Of a stretch of 64,000 bases of DNA, positions 28,142 to 38,661 are shown one piece after another; the stretch's first letter is position 1, and each line of letters opens with the position of its first letter. The DNA comes from Planctomycetota bacterium (GTDB taxonomy: Bacteria > Planctomycetota > B15-G4), in contig CBDFJQ010000002.1 in assembly GCA_965248575.1 (NCBI GenBank), forward strand, positions 2,464,001 through 2,528,000. Direction: 5' to 3'. The translations under genes and the position numbers were made by a program. The notes beneath the pieces are model-generated. The model was not told the origin of the DNA. It saw nothing but the letters and a program-made list of their open reading frames with translations, and ran no database searches.

Positions 28142-29302
28142 ATGCTTGCCACAGCACTGCTCTACGCCGCCCTCTCCTCCAGCCCAGCGCTTGCGGCCGT
28201 TCCGCCAGCCGGCGACCACTCCATGGTCTGGTTCGAAGACGGCTTCAACAAAGCCCTGCGCAAGGCGCGCTCTGAGGAGCGCCTCGTGTTCATTGCCTTC
28301 GTCCCCGACGACAGCGACTACTCACGCAAGGTTCTCGAAGAGACGCTCCCGAACGAAGCCGTCAGCAGCGAACTCTCTGACCTGATTTGCCTGCGCTTCG
28401 ACAACAAGAACGACGCACGCTTCGAACAGGTCCGCCGCACCTACAACGTGGAGTCCTATCCCACCTTCGTTTTCGCAAACTCGCGCGGAAAGATTGAAGA
28501 CCGCATCGAAGGCTTCATCCCCGTGGAGCCCATGCTGCAACAGATGGAGCGCATCAAAGCAGCTGTGGGCACCGTAGGCTCCTACCGCGCGAAGCTCGAG
28601 GAAGAGCCGGACAACCTGCAATTCCAGTACAGCCTGGCGCAAATGCTCGACAACGTGCGGGACTACAAGTCTGCCGAGAAGACCTATGACGGCATCCGAC
28701 GCGCCGACCCGAAAGGCAAGACCGCCGTGGGCATGCGCATGATCCTCGACGAGAAGTGGCTCGAGATCGCAGAGGCCGGTGGTGACAACCGCGCCGAGTG
28801 GAACCTGGACCCCATCCTCTCGCAGCTCGAAGGCGCCACGTCGGAGGCCGCCTTTGAGGGCTGGAACGCCGTCGGAAACTTCCATGCCGGGGTGGACGGC
28901 CAGCTCGGCCAGTCCATCGACGCCTTCATTGCGGCCTGGGAGAACATCCCAGAGGACTCGAGCCGTGGCTGGGCCAGGGGCGTCGCCTCCTTCATCGTCG
29001 AGAATGGTGACGACGACCTGGATCGCCAGCATCAAGACTTCGCCCTGAAGCTGGCCACTGTCGCCGTGGATCAGGCGCAGCGGGAGTTCGACGAGCACGT
29101 TGCCGAATACGGTTCGTCCAAGTCAGAGGACGGCGGGGACTATGCCCCGTGGCTCGCGAGCCACATCGACGTGCTCGTTTGGTGCCAGATGGCGTACGGC
29201 GAGCGCAGTGCAGCCATCGCAAGTTGCAGGCGCACGCTCGAACTGGACCCGGAAAACGCCGAGTTCCAGGGCCGCCTGGACATGCTGCTCGCCCAGAGCT
29301 GA
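28142..29302 (+). CDS. Secreted thioredoxin-fold + TPR protein lacking the CxxC motif
   Basis: Signal peptide, then W...F.KAL.KA..E.RLVFI.F...SDYS...YNV.SYPTFVF...G....RIEGF (Trx-like), followed by TPR-like helices. Confidence 0.75.
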   Translation: MLATALLYAALSSSPALAAVPPAGDHSMVWFEDGFNKALRKARSEERLVFIAFVPDDSDYSRKVLEETLPNEAVSSELSDLICLRFDNKNDARFEQVRRTYNVESYPTFVFANSRGKIEDRIEGFIPVEPMLQQMERIKAAVGTVGSYRAKLEEEPDNLQFQYSLAQMLDNVRDYKSAEKTYDGIRRADPKGKTAVGMRMILDEKWLEIAEAGGDNRAEWNLDPILSQLEGATSEAAFEGWNAVGNFHAGVDGQLGQSIDAFIAAWENIPEDSSRGWARGVASFIVENGDDDLDRQHQDFALKLATVAVDQAQREFDEHVAEYGSSKSEDGGDYAPWLASHIDVLVWCQMAYGERSAAIASCRRTLELDPENAEFQGRLDMLLAQS

Positions 29303-29359
29303 GACCTCGAACAACCCGGAGGAGGCCACTGACCCGACAGTTCGGGTGAGCCTCTGGGC

Positions 29360-29404
29360 ACGACGGCCGTCCCCTGTCACGCGGGGGACGGCCGTCGTTT
29401 TTTT
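29360..29404 (+). terminator. Rho-independent terminator
   Basis: ACGACGGCCGTCCCC...GGGGACGGCCGTCGT stem followed by a T run, between convergent genes. Confidence 0.85.
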
Positions 29405-29460
29405 GTGGCAGAGGTCTGCAACCCGGAGGGGACGTTCTCCGAGCTGGACCAGCGAAGCGA

Positions 29461-30978
29461 CTACGGCTGGTAGTCGCCCTCGCTCTGACCCTTGTACTCG
29501 AAGCGGTTGTCCGACCCCGAGGGCAGGCCGAGCCCGGAAGCCACCACACCGATGACGAAGTGGTCGTCACCGCTGTCCGTGTAATCCAGGAACGGGAACA
29601 CGATGGACGAGAAGCCCGGCAGAGCCAGCATGAAGGCCTCATGTTGGAACACGAAGGTACCCGGCTGCCATGTCGGCGGAATGATCAGGTTGTCTTCCAA
29701 AGCAGACATCCACAGGTGGCCGCCGCCATCGAAGTACAGGTCGGGGATGTCACCCGCTTCCCGAACCAGGCAGTAGTCGATGCCGATCACGCCCGGGGCG
29801 GTGGGTGCGATGCTGTTCCGCAGGCTCGTGTAGCCGCCCGCAGCCGGGTCGGCGATGCCGGTGTAACCACCGGGAATGGCGTCCAGCCCGTTCAAGCGGC
29901 AGAACACCGTGTCGCCCACGGTTGAGATGCGCATGTTGATGCTGCGGAAGGTCGGGTCCAGCTCACCCAGACTGAAGAAGGAGCCGAAATAGACCGTCGT
30001 GTTGCCGTCGTGCACATTGACCCGCACCTGGCCGTTGCCCGCGTTGCGCTGCACGTAGACCATGGACTGGGTGCCGCCGAACGTCCCAAAGTCGTCGGTC
30101 TCGTTCTCGGCGCGCAGGACCAGGCCCACCCAGCTGCCAAGCGGCATGCCGGGGCGAACCCGGAGCAGGGCCTCCTGGTCGTTGTAGACCCGGCCGGGCA
30201 ACACGAGCTGCGAGCTGTCGCTGAGCGCCAGGTGACGCCCGACCATGTTGGTGTTCGGAAGCGTGATCGGCGTGCCGCTCAACGTCTGGAACTGGGCCGT
30301 GGAGCTGTCGGAGAACACCGCAGTCACCGACGTCGGGTTCGCATCGGGGTGAGCCGTCGGCCCGTTGCAGTTGCCCTGGGACGAGACCGGCAGGTTGATG
30401 TCCGTGGGGTCGCCGCTCAGGAAGAAGTGCACGCGATCGATGCGGAAGTTTTGTGAGCGACCGCTGATCTCGAAGGTGTGCTGGCCGGCGGTCAGGTTGA
30501 AGTGTGCATCTTCCTTGTTGCCGTTGGAGTACTCGAAGCGCGAGCGCCAGTTCCAACCGTTCTGGCCGGAGTAGGTCTTGACCCACGTGCCGCCATCCAT
30601 CCGCGTCCAGCAATCGTTCTCCATGGTGGAGTCGGGATCGTTGTGGTGGTTGTGGATGCGCATCTCGTAATCACCGGGCGTGGTGATGTCGAGCGTGTAG
30701 GTGAGCTTGCCGGAGCCGGGGTTGTTGAACAGGTCGCCACCGTTCCAGCGGAAGTAGGACGTGCCAGCGAAGCCGGAGTGCTGGGTCTCCTCGACCCAGC
30801 CGCCAGCGGGCGCAACGTCTTCGACCTCGAAGATCACGAGGCCGTTGTCCTCGCAGTACTCGAGTTGCGCCGAAGCGGCGGATACTCCGAGGCCGAGGGC
30901 CAGGGCGAGGCTCAAACCCCAGCGCGTCGCGGTGCGTGCGGCGGGGGCGTAGAAGTCAGGGGTCTTCCAGGTGCTCAT
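29461..30978 (-). CDS. Secreted hypothetical protein with carbohydrate-binding-like beta-sandwich domains
   Basis: Signal peptide ending ASA-Q. N-terminal E.NGLV.FEVE...LTAGQHTFEISGRS..FRIDR resembles CBM-like jelly-roll domains. Confidence 0.6.
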   Translation of the reverse strand: MSTWKTPDFYAPAARTATRWGLSLALALGLGVSAASAQLEYCEDNGLVIFEVEDVAPAGGWVEETQHSGFAGTSYFRWNGGDLFNNPGSGKLTYTLDITTPGDYEMRIHNHHNDPDSTMENDCWTRMDGGTWVKTYSGQNGWNWRSRFEYSNGNKEDAHFNLTAGQHTFEISGRSQNFRIDRVHFFLSGDPTDINLPVSSQGNCNGPTAHPDANPTSVTAVFSDSSTAQFQTLSGTPITLPNTNMVGRHLALSDSSQLVLPGRVYNDQEALLRVRPGMPLGSWVGLVLRAENETDDFGTFGGTQSMVYVQRNAGNGQVRVNVHDGNTTVYFGSFFSLGELDPTFRSINMRISTVGDTVFCRLNGLDAIPGGYTGIADPAAGGYTSLRNSIAPTAPGVIGIDYCLVREAGDIPDLYFDGGGHLWMSALEDNLIIPPTWQPGTFVFQHEAFMLALPGFSSIVFPFLDYTDSGDDHFVIGVVASGLGLPSGSDNRFEYKGQSEGDYQP

Positions 30979-31203
30979 CGATTGCTCTCTTCTGCGGTGT
31001 TGATCTTGGGTGTGAAAACGCTTTGAAAACAGTACCAAGCCGCAGCCGTTGCCCCCAGCCCAGAGTCTGCTCGGCGATCTCCGGTGAATCCGTCCAGTGC
31101 TCGGCTCCCCTTCGCGGGGCCGGAAGAGTAGAACGAAGCGGTCCCCTCCGCGCTGCCTGCGCGTGAGGAGTCTGGGGTCAGGACATGGGTGGAGGAGTGG
31201 AAC

Positions 31204-32778
31204 ATGAGAAACAGGCAATTGCTGCTGGTCGGCCTAAGCCTTTATGCGGTCGGTGCCTGCGCATCTCCGAGTGCTGGTGATCGGGCCCGCCACATCGTCC
31301 TCTTCGATAGCGAAGGAAGCCCGGTGAACGCCGCCGACCCGAAGCGCTGGGGTGGGTACGAGCACTTCAAGACGGACGGCGTCCCTATCGACGGCTCGGC
31401 TCTCGGACCCAAGGATTTTCTGGGGCACCTGGATGCCATGCTCGAGGATATCGAGGCCTGGGACCAGCAGAGGATCGACGAGGGCACCGCGACCCTCACC
31501 GACCCCGTGGCCGTCACGGTCTTCATTCATGGTGGGCTGAACAAGCAGAAGGACACCGTCAAGCGGGCCGTGCGGGACAGCCAGCGCATCCAGAAAGACG
31601 GCTCCTACCCGGTCTTCGTAGGCTGGGATTCAAGCCTGATCAGCAGCTACAGCGACCATGTGTTCAAGATCCGCCAAGGCGCCGACTGGCACGAGGCGGG
31701 TAACACGGAGGAGGTCCTCTCCTGGCTCACGGCGCCGTTCGTCTTCGCCGTCGACGTCATCCGCTCCGTCAGCCGGCTGCCTTTGGTGATCACCAGCCAG
31801 TTGGTGGAGACCTTTCATTGGATGGGCATCAGCAAGTCACGCTGGCGTAGCCAAGCCAATTCGAGCCTGAAGAATCAGCAGGGTTCGCCGTGGTCCGCAG
31901 ACCTCCCGAAGGAGGGCCCGGAAGAAGTCGACGCCTCGTGGTGGGAGTACCTCCGCTATCTCGTCTTGTCTCCACTCAAGGTGACGTCCATCTTGATCAT
32001 CGACACGGGCGGCACCCGTTCCTGGGACATCATGAAGCGCCGCGTCGAGCTGCTCTTTCAACGCGAGAAGCACCTGGACGGAGACGGCAAGGGCAAGCGC
32101 GGTCGGCTGCTTCGCGTCATGCAGATGCTCGACATCCTCCAGCGCCGCATGGCCGCCCAGGGACGCGAGCTGCACGTCTCCGTCGTCGGTCACAGCATGG
32201 GGACCATCGTGCTCAACCGGCTCTTGGATCACGCCGACATGTACGTGCAGCCCGACCTCAAGATCGACCCCTTCAGCACCCGCGAGCGCTTCCCCGTTCG
32301 ACTGCCGTGTTTCCAGAACATCGTCTATCTCGCTGCGGCTTGTAGCGTGCACGACTATGAAGCGGCGGCATTCCCCTACTTGCAGAACCACCCCGCCACC
32401 AACGCCTACCACGTCATGCTGCACCCGGATCAAGAGATTCGCGAGGTGAACATCGGCGGCATTGGGCCCCGGGGATCGCTGCTGACCTGGGTCGACGAGT
32501 TCCTGGCGCGGCCCAACACGCTGCTAGAACGTACGGCAGGTCGCTACGACAACCTGTTCGTCACCTTGGCTGGCACACCTGCGGAGTTGGTCGATCGTGT
32601 GCATGTGCGCGTCCTGCCCTCCGAGCAAGGCAAGGACTACAAGCGCCCCAGGACCCCTCAAAGCCATGGGGACTTCAGCCAACCCCTGCGGGACTTCCAA
32701 TATTGGAGCCCTGACTCGTGGCGGACGCCGGGTCTCCCTGCTCCATCCAGCGTGAGTTGTGACCACCGGCAACCCTGA
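31204..32778 (+). CDS. Alpha/beta-hydrolase-fold lipoprotein
   Basis: Lipobox AVGAC, FIHGGLN oxyanion region, GHSMG nucleophile elbow and a C-terminal HGDF. SD GGAGG. Confidence 0.8.
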   Translation: MRNRQLLLVGLSLYAVGACASPSAGDRARHIVLFDSEGSPVNAADPKRWGGYEHFKTDGVPIDGSALGPKDFLGHLDAMLEDIEAWDQQRIDEGTATLTDPVAVTVFIHGGLNKQKDTVKRAVRDSQRIQKDGSYPVFVGWDSSLISSYSDHVFKIRQGADWHEAGNTEEVLSWLTAPFVFAVDVIRSVSRLPLVITSQLVETFHWMGISKSRWRSQANSSLKNQQGSPWSADLPKEGPEEVDASWWEYLRYLVLSPLKVTSILIIDTGGTRSWDIMKRRVELLFQREKHLDGDGKGKRGRLLRVMQMLDILQRRMAAQGRELHVSVVGHSMGTIVLNRLLDHADMYVQPDLKIDPFSTRERFPVRLPCFQNIVYLAAACSVHDYEAAAFPYLQNHPATNAYHVMLHPDQEIREVNIGGIGPRGSLLTWVDEFLARPNTLLERTAGRYDNLFVTLAGTPAELVDRVHVRVLPSEQGKDYKRPRTPQSHGDFSQPLRDFQYWSPDSWRTPGLPAPSSVSCDHRQP

Positions 32779-32897
32779 GCCCTTGTTTGGCGCGCTCGGG
32801 TGCTTGCTGCCTATGATGTGCGGCTCCCGGCCGACCCCTGGCGCTCTCGACCGGGCTGACGAGTCGTCCCCTTCACCGCCTCTCCGAGCTGCTCTCC

Positions 32898-34589
32898 ATG
32901 CCCGCTGCCCTCGCTCCCCTGCGTCTGCTCCCCGCGCTCCCCGCGCTCACCTTGCTCGCCTTCACGATCGCGTTCACGATCGCGTTCACGGTCTCCTGCG
33001 CAGCACCTGGCCCCCTGGACTACGCCCCCAAGCGCTACGAGGGCGTGGACACGTGCGAGCTGGAGGTCACGACCTCGTCGCCCGAGGCTCAAGAGTGGTT
33101 CGACCAGGGCATGGCCTTCATGTACGGCTTCAACCATGAAGAGGCCATCCGCAGTTTTGCCGAGGCCGCGCGCCTCGACCCGGACTGCACCATGGCCTGG
33201 TGGGCCTTGGCCCATGCCAGCGGCACCGATCTCAACAATGGCTACATGTCCGAGGACGACAGCCGTCGCGCCTACGACGCGTCCCGGAAGGCGGTCAGGA
33301 CGTCCGGCGACAAGCCCGCCATGGAAGCAGCCCTGGCGTACGCCGCAGCGATCCGGTTCACCTGGCCGCACCCTGAGGACCGCGGGGAGCTGGATGAGGC
33401 CTACGCCGAAGCCATGGGCGATGTGTACGAACGCTTCGGAGACCATCCGGATATCGCCACGCTCTATGCCGACTCACTGATGCTGCTGCAGCCCTGGGAG
33501 TATTGGACCGTGGACGCGCAACCGGTAGGGCGCATCCTCGAAGCGGTGTCAGCGCTCGAGCGGGCCCTGCGAACGGAACCCGACCACGCCGGCGCCTCCC
33601 ATTACTTGATCCACGCTCTGGAGGCGGGGGACCCCGCACGGGCCGAAGCAGCCGCCGACCGGCTCGCCACCCGCGTCCCGGGCTCCGGGCACCTGCTGCA
33701 CATGCCATCGCACGTCTACGTGCATCTCGGGCGCTACGCGGATTCCACGGACGCCAACCAGCGCGCTGTCGCGGCGGACCTGGCCTACTTCGCGGCCAGC
33801 GGCGAGCCCGATTTCTACACCCTCTACTACGCCCACAACGTCCACATGCTCGCCTACAGCGCCATGATGGAGGGCCGTGAGCAGGTCGCCGTGGACGCCG
33901 CCGCGCAACTGGTGCGGGACATCCCGGAGGAGTTCATCGAGCAGGAGTCGGCTTTCATCGACGGGCTCATGGCGACTCCCTATCACGTCTCCATCCGCTT
34001 CGGTCGCTGGCAGGAGGTCCTGGACGCACCCCAGCCCCCCGAGTGGCGAATCTTCTCCCTGGCCCAATGGCACTACGCCAGGGGCGTGGCGCTCTCCGCC
34101 ACGGGACGCACCGAGCAGGCGCGTGTGGAGCTGGCCGCCTTCGAGCGCATCGCCCCCACGGTGCCGGACGAGTGGCTGGCGGGCAGCAACCCCGCTGGCA
34201 TGGTGCTGCAGCTGGCTGAGGCGATGCTGCGCGGCGAGATCCTGTGGCGCGAAGGCAAGGCTGACGAGGCCTTTGAGGTGCTGGCGGCCGGAGTTGCCGT
34301 CGAGGACAGCATGGTCTACGACGAACCGCCCGGGTGGATGCAGCCCGTGCGCCACGCCTACGGCGCGCTGCTCATGGCCGACGATCGGGCCGAGCAGGCA
34401 GAAGCCGTCTACCGCGCCGACCTCACCCGTAATCGAAACAACGGCTGGGCATTGCTGGGCTTGGAACAGGCCTTGCGAGCCCAGGGTAGGGCTCAGGAGG
34501 CCACTGCCATCGCGGTGTCCAAGCAGCAGGCGTGGGCTCGTTCCGACATGAACGCCACCTCGTCCTGCTTCTGCGAACCCGCGAGCTAG
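32898..34589 (+). CDS. TPR-repeat lipoprotein
   Basis: AQEWFDQG...YGFNHEEA, HYLIHA.E, GHL.HMPSH, Y.EPP.W..PVR, NGWAL.GL and terminal SSCFC. This is a recognisable widespread TPR family. Confidence 0.85.
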   Translation: MPAALAPLRLLPALPALTLLAFTIAFTIAFTVSCAAPGPLDYAPKRYEGVDTCELEVTTSSPEAQEWFDQGMAFMYGFNHEEAIRSFAEAARLDPDCTMAWWALAHASGTDLNNGYMSEDDSRRAYDASRKAVRTSGDKPAMEAALAYAAAIRFTWPHPEDRGELDEAYAEAMGDVYERFGDHPDIATLYADSLMLLQPWEYWTVDAQPVGRILEAVSALERALRTEPDHAGASHYLIHALEAGDPARAEAAADRLATRVPGSGHLLHMPSHVYVHLGRYADSTDANQRAVAADLAYFAASGEPDFYTLYYAHNVHMLAYSAMMEGREQVAVDAAAQLVRDIPEEFIEQESAFIDGLMATPYHVSIRFGRWQEVLDAPQPPEWRIFSLAQWHYARGVALSATGRTEQARVELAAFERIAPTVPDEWLAGSNPAGMVLQLAEAMLRGEILWREGKADEAFEVLAAGVAVEDSMVYDEPPGWMQPVRHAYGALLMADDRAEQAEAVYRADLTRNRNNGWALLGLEQALRAQGRAQEATAIAVSKQQAWARSDMNATSSCFCEPAS

Positions 34590-35806
34590 GATCGGGCCAA
34601 GAGTCGGCGGCGGAGTGCTTCCAGGGCAACGGTGACGCTGCGAATCCGGATCTCTTCGCGGCTGCCACGCCAGCTGTAGGTGCGCGCCACGGTTCCCGCT
34701 TCGTCAGCGAGGCCGAGCACCACGGTGCCTACAGGCTTCTCTGCGGATCCGCCACCGGGCCCTGCAATGCCGGTGATGGACAGGGCGATGTCCGCACCGG
34801 TGCGCGCACGCTGGCCGTCGGCCATGGCCACCGCCACGGGCTCGCTCACCGCGCCATGCTCAGCGAGCACAGCCTCCGGCACGCCGAGCCGCTGGATCTT
34901 AGCCTCGTTGCTATAGGTCACGACAGCCTCGCGCAGGACGTCCGACGAGCCCGGGACCGAGGTGATCGCCCCCGCCAGAAGACCGCCCGTGCACGACTCC
35001 GCCGTGCTGACCACGCACCCGGCCGCCGCCAAGGCCTTCACCACCGCCTCGGCGTGGGTGTCGCGACCGGTGCCGAAGACCGCCGAACCCAAGCGCTCCC
35101 GCGCCGCCTGATAGGTCTCGTCCACTGCCGACTGCTTCTCACCGCGCACCGTGACGGAGAGAATGCCCTTCGATGCCGTCACCCCCACCAGGCAAGACGA
35201 GCGCCGTCGATCCATGAGTTCCGCCAGCAAGACCCCGACTTCGGACTCGGGCAGGCCACAGCAGCGCAGCGTTCGCGCGGCCACGCGCACACCGGCGCCT
35301 TCGGCATCGAGGATGGCCCGTGCCATGGGCTTGAGTTCGGAGGGCACGCCCGGGAAGCACGCGACCCGCAGCGTGGTGGTGGCGCTCACATCCCCTTCCA
35401 CAAGGAAGCCGGGCGCGGTGCCCCGCTCGTTCTCCAGGACCTGCGCCCCCACCGGGAAGACGGCCTGCAGGCGCCCATCGGCGGAGAGGACCTTGTTGCT
35501 GCCCTGGGCCTGGGCCAGGTACTCGGGGCGCTCTTCCAAGGCGAACCCAAAGGCTGCGGCGACCCCGTCGCGGGTGAGGTCGTCCTTGGTGGGCCCCAGG
35601 CCGCCGGTGACCAGGAGCAGCTGGCAGTCCTCCGCGGCGCGCTCCACAGCGCGGCGGATGTTGGCCACCGAATCACCGACGCAGGCGCTCCCCACCAGTC
35701 GGTGACCCCGCGCGGCGATCTCCTGCGCCAACCAATGCAGGTTGGTGTCCAGGATGTCGCCCGCCAGGAGCTCGTCCCCTACAGAAAGGATGCCGATCTG
35801 CACCAT
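34586..35806 (-). CDS. cinA: CinA family protein (MoCF-like domain + NMN deamidase domain)
   Basis: GDELL.G...DTN, TGGLGPT.DDLT, PGVPSE, AESCTGG and SITGIAGPGGGS.EKPVG. Confidence 0.93.
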   Translation of the reverse strand: MVQIGILSVGDELLAGDILDTNLHWLAQEIAARGHRLVGSACVGDSVANIRRAVERAAEDCQLLLVTGGLGPTKDDLTRDGVAAAFGFALEERPEYLAQAQGSNKVLSADGRLQAVFPVGAQVLENERGTAPGFLVEGDVSATTTLRVACFPGVPSELKPMARAILDAEGAGVRVAARTLRCCGLPESEVGVLLAELMDRRRSSCLVGVTASKGILSVTVRGEKQSAVDETYQAARERLGSAVFGTGRDTHAEAVVKALAAAGCVVSTAESCTGGLLAGAITSVPGSSDVLREAVVTYSNEAKIQRLGVPEAVLAEHGAVSEPVAVAMADGQRARTGADIALSITGIAGPGGGSAEKPVGTVVLGLADEAGTVARTYSWRGSREEIRIRSVTVALEALRRRLLARS

Positions 35807-35855
35807 GGTGATGAGCTGCCTCCGGGGGCTCGCCGAGCCGGTCTCTGCCGACCCG

Positions 35856-36950
35856 CTACTTTCCGACCAGGAAGTGTGCCACGTCGCCGTCCTGCATGAC
35901 GTAAGTGCGCCCCTCGGTGCGTAGTCGACCGGAGCTGCGGATCTGTTGCTCCGACCTCAGCTCGGTGAGATCGTCCACGGAGTAGACCTCGGCGCGAATG
36001 AACGCCTTCTCGAAGTCGGTGTGGATGACGCCGGCAGCAACCGGGGCCACGTCACCTTCGTGAATGGTCCAGGCCCGGATTTCCTTGGGACCGGCGGTGT
36101 AGTAGGTCATGAGCCCCAGCAGCGTGAATGCGCTGCGCACGAGGCGCTCCAGACCAGGCTCCTCGAGCCCCATGTCCGCCAGGAACTCCGCCCGGTCATC
36201 GGGCTCCATCAGCGCCAGTTCGTTCTCGATCTGTGCGCAGAGCACGACGACTTCAGCACCTTGCTGCGCGGCATGCTCGCGCACCGCTGCCACAAGCGGT
36301 GAGCTCCCTTCCAGGTCGTCATCCGCCACATTGCAGACGTAGAGCACGCGCTTCATGGTCAGGGGCAGGTAGCGTTTGAGCACGACGTGCTCCGTTTCAC
36401 TCCACTCCTGGCTGCGCAACCAGTTGCCACCGTTCAAGCAGGCGACGGCCTTCTCGAGGCAACCCAGGTCCTCCTTGGCCTCCGCGTCCTGGCTGCGGGC
36501 CTTCTTGGCGGTCTTGTCCAACGCGCGTTCGAAAGTGTCGAGGTCGGCCATGGCGAGCTCGAGTTCGATCACGCCGATGTCACCCACGGGGTCGACGGCG
36601 CCCGAGACGTGCACCACGTCCGGGTCCTCGAAGCAACGCACCACGTGCAGGATGGCCTGGGTGTCGCGGATGTTGCCCAGGAACTTGTTGCCGAGCCCTT
36701 CGCCCTTGCTGGCACCGGCCACCAGCCCCGCGATGTCGACGATCTCCAACACGGCGGGAATGATCTCCTTCGACTCGATGTGCTGGCGGATGAGTTCGAG
36801 GCGGCCGTCTGGCACCGGCACCACACCCACGTTGGGCTCGATGGTGCAGAACGGATAGTTGGCGCATTCCGCACCGGCAGCCGTGACCGCATTGAAGAGA
36901 GTGGACTTGCCGACGTTGGGCAGACCGACGATGCCGCAGGCGAGCTTCAC
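35856..36950 (-). CDS. ychF: Redox-regulated ATPase YchF
   Basis: GIVGLPNVGKSTLFN, NYPFCTIEPN, DIAGLV.GASKGEGLGNKFL and AAGVIHTDFE. Confidence 0.98.
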   Translation of the reverse strand: MKLACGIVGLPNVGKSTLFNAVTAAGAECANYPFCTIEPNVGVVPVPDGRLELIRQHIESKEIIPAVLEIVDIAGLVAGASKGEGLGNKFLGNIRDTQAILHVVRCFEDPDVVHVSGAVDPVGDIGVIELELAMADLDTFERALDKTAKKARSQDAEAKEDLGCLEKAVACLNGGNWLRSQEWSETEHVVLKRYLPLTMKRVLYVCNVADDDLEGSSPLVAAVREHAAQQGAEVVVLCAQIENELALMEPDDRAEFLADMGLEEPGLERLVRSAFTLLGLMTYYTAGPKEIRAWTIHEGDVAPVAAGVIHTDFEKAFIRAEVYSVDDLTELRSEQQIRSSGRLRTEGRTYVMQDGDVAHFLVGK

Positions 36951-37125
36951 GGGTGTCTCCGGAAATCACGAGGAGGGCTCCGCGGGGGCTGGCTTTTGAG
37001 GCCCCCAGACAGAGGGGGCGCATTCTACGTCTGGGGCCGGGGGGAGTCGATGGGGCCCGCATCCGTAGCCGGGTTCAGCCAGGCCAGGTCGTCTCTTCGC
37101 GGCGCCGCACTCCCTGCCGATGACC

Positions 37126-37797
37126 TCAGAGCCCTTCGCCGGTCTCGCCGGGGGCCCAGGGATACTCGATGTTCTTCGCGATGGTTCCCGCCACCTCGGG
37201 CCCCCAAAGGCGCTCCGCCACGTGGAAGGCTGCGTCGATGCCGGAGCTGACCCCCGCCGAGATGATGTAGCGGCCGTCCTCCACCCAACGGCGGTCCGTG
37301 TGCACCTGCGCCGTGGGCGCCAGCTCCTTCAGGCGCTCCAGGGAGAGGTGGTGAGTGGTGGCGTGCCTGCCGTCCAACAAGCCCAGTTTGGCGAGCAACA
37401 ACGAACCCGTGCACACCGAGAGCACGGCCTGGGAACGCTTCAGCAACGCCCCGAGCTGCGCCAGGTAGGCGTCATCGTCCAGCAGGGCCCGCACGCCCCG
37501 ACCGCCAGGCACCACCAGCAGATCCACGCGTTCTACGTCGTCCATGGACACCGCCACCTGCATGGCGAGGCCGTTGCGTGAGTTGAAGACTCCGACATGT
37601 GGCGCCGCCATCCGCACGCGCGGGCGGACGTCTTCGTCGATCAAGCGCACCGCCGACGACAGGACTTCATAGGGCCCGGCAAGATCCAGCAGTTCCACCT
37701 CCGGAAAGCCTAGGAGCACGATCTCGCGCACAGTGCTGGCGTCGAAGGGGTCCCTTGGCTGGGGGACATACTGTGGGTCATGCTGTGCGTCGGTCAT
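37126..37797 (-). CDS. DJ-1/PfpI family protein
   Basis: ELLDLAGPYEV, VVPGG.G, SVCTGS...GLLDG..ATTH and SAGVSSGID. Confidence 0.92.
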   Translation of the reverse strand: MTDAQHDPQYVPQPRDPFDASTVREIVLLGFPEVELLDLAGPYEVLSSAVRLIDEDVRPRVRMAAPHVGVFNSRNGLAMQVAVSMDDVERVDLLVVPGGRGVRALLDDDAYLAQLGALLKRSQAVLSVCTGSLLLAKLGLLDGRHATTHHLSLERLKELAPTAQVHTDRRWVEDGRYIISAGVSSGIDAAFHVAERLWGPEVAGTIAKNIEYPWAPGETGEGL

Positions 37798-37928
37798 GGC
37801 GCGGCATCCTACCGGCTCAGGCCGGCTCAGGGCGTGCGACCCCACGAGCGGGCAAGCTGACGCCGCGGACCCCGGGCCTGCGGCGCGGGGATGACCTTGG
37901 CGTCGCCCTCCTCTCCCATGCACTTGCC

Positions 37929-38630
37929 ATGCCCAGCCCAACCGACGACCGCCCTCGCTTCAGCAAGAAGACGTTCAGCTTCCTGCGCCAACTAGCGCGC
38001 AACAACACGAGGGAGTGGTTCCACGCCCACAAGACCCAGTACGTCGACGACGCCCGCGACCCGGCCTTGCAGCTCATCGCCGACATGGCGGCGCCGCTTG
38101 CGAAGCTCAGCCCGCACTTCAGAGCCGACCCCAAACCCGTGGGCGGCTCGCTCTTCCGCATCCATCGGGACGTGCGCTTCAGCAAGGACAAGCAGCCCTA
38201 CAAGACCGCACTGGGCATCCAGTTCCGCCACGAGCTGGGGCGCGATGCCCACGCGCCGGGCTTCTACCTGCACATCCAGCCCGGGGAGTGCTTCGTGGGC
38301 GCCGGCATGTGGCACCCACCTACCGACGCGGCCCGGGACGTGCGCCAGGCCATCGTCGACGACCCCAAGGCCTGGAAGGCCGCACTGAACGGCACGCGCT
38401 TCCGCCGGGAGTTCAGCCTCGTGGGCGACTCCCTCAAGCGCCCCCCGCGCGGCTTCGACCCCGAGCACCCCTGCCTGGAGGACCTGAAGCGCAAGGACTT
38501 CATCGCCGTGGCCCCGCTCGAGGAGGCTGACATCTTCGCAGCCCAGTTCGTGAGGGACCTGAGCGCGCGCTTCAAAGCGAGCGTGCCCCTGATGCGATTC
38601 CTGTGCGACGCGGTGGACGTGCCCTTCTAG
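37929..38630 (+). CDS. DUF2461 (TIGR02453) family protein
   Basis: NNTREWF..HK, FRIHRDVRFSKDK.PYKT and LKRPPRGF..EHP...DLKRK. Confidence 0.93.
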   Translation: MPSPTDDRPRFSKKTFSFLRQLARNNTREWFHAHKTQYVDDARDPALQLIADMAAPLAKLSPHFRADPKPVGGSLFRIHRDVRFSKDKQPYKTALGIQFRHELGRDAHAPGFYLHIQPGECFVGAGMWHPPTDAARDVRQAIVDDPKAWKAALNGTRFRREFSLVGDSLKRPPRGFDPEHPCLEDLKRKDFIAVAPLEEADIFAAQFVRDLSARFKASVPLMRFLCDAVDVPF

Positions 38631-38661
38631 GTCAGCCGGCGCCGGCTAGGGAGCCATCGAG

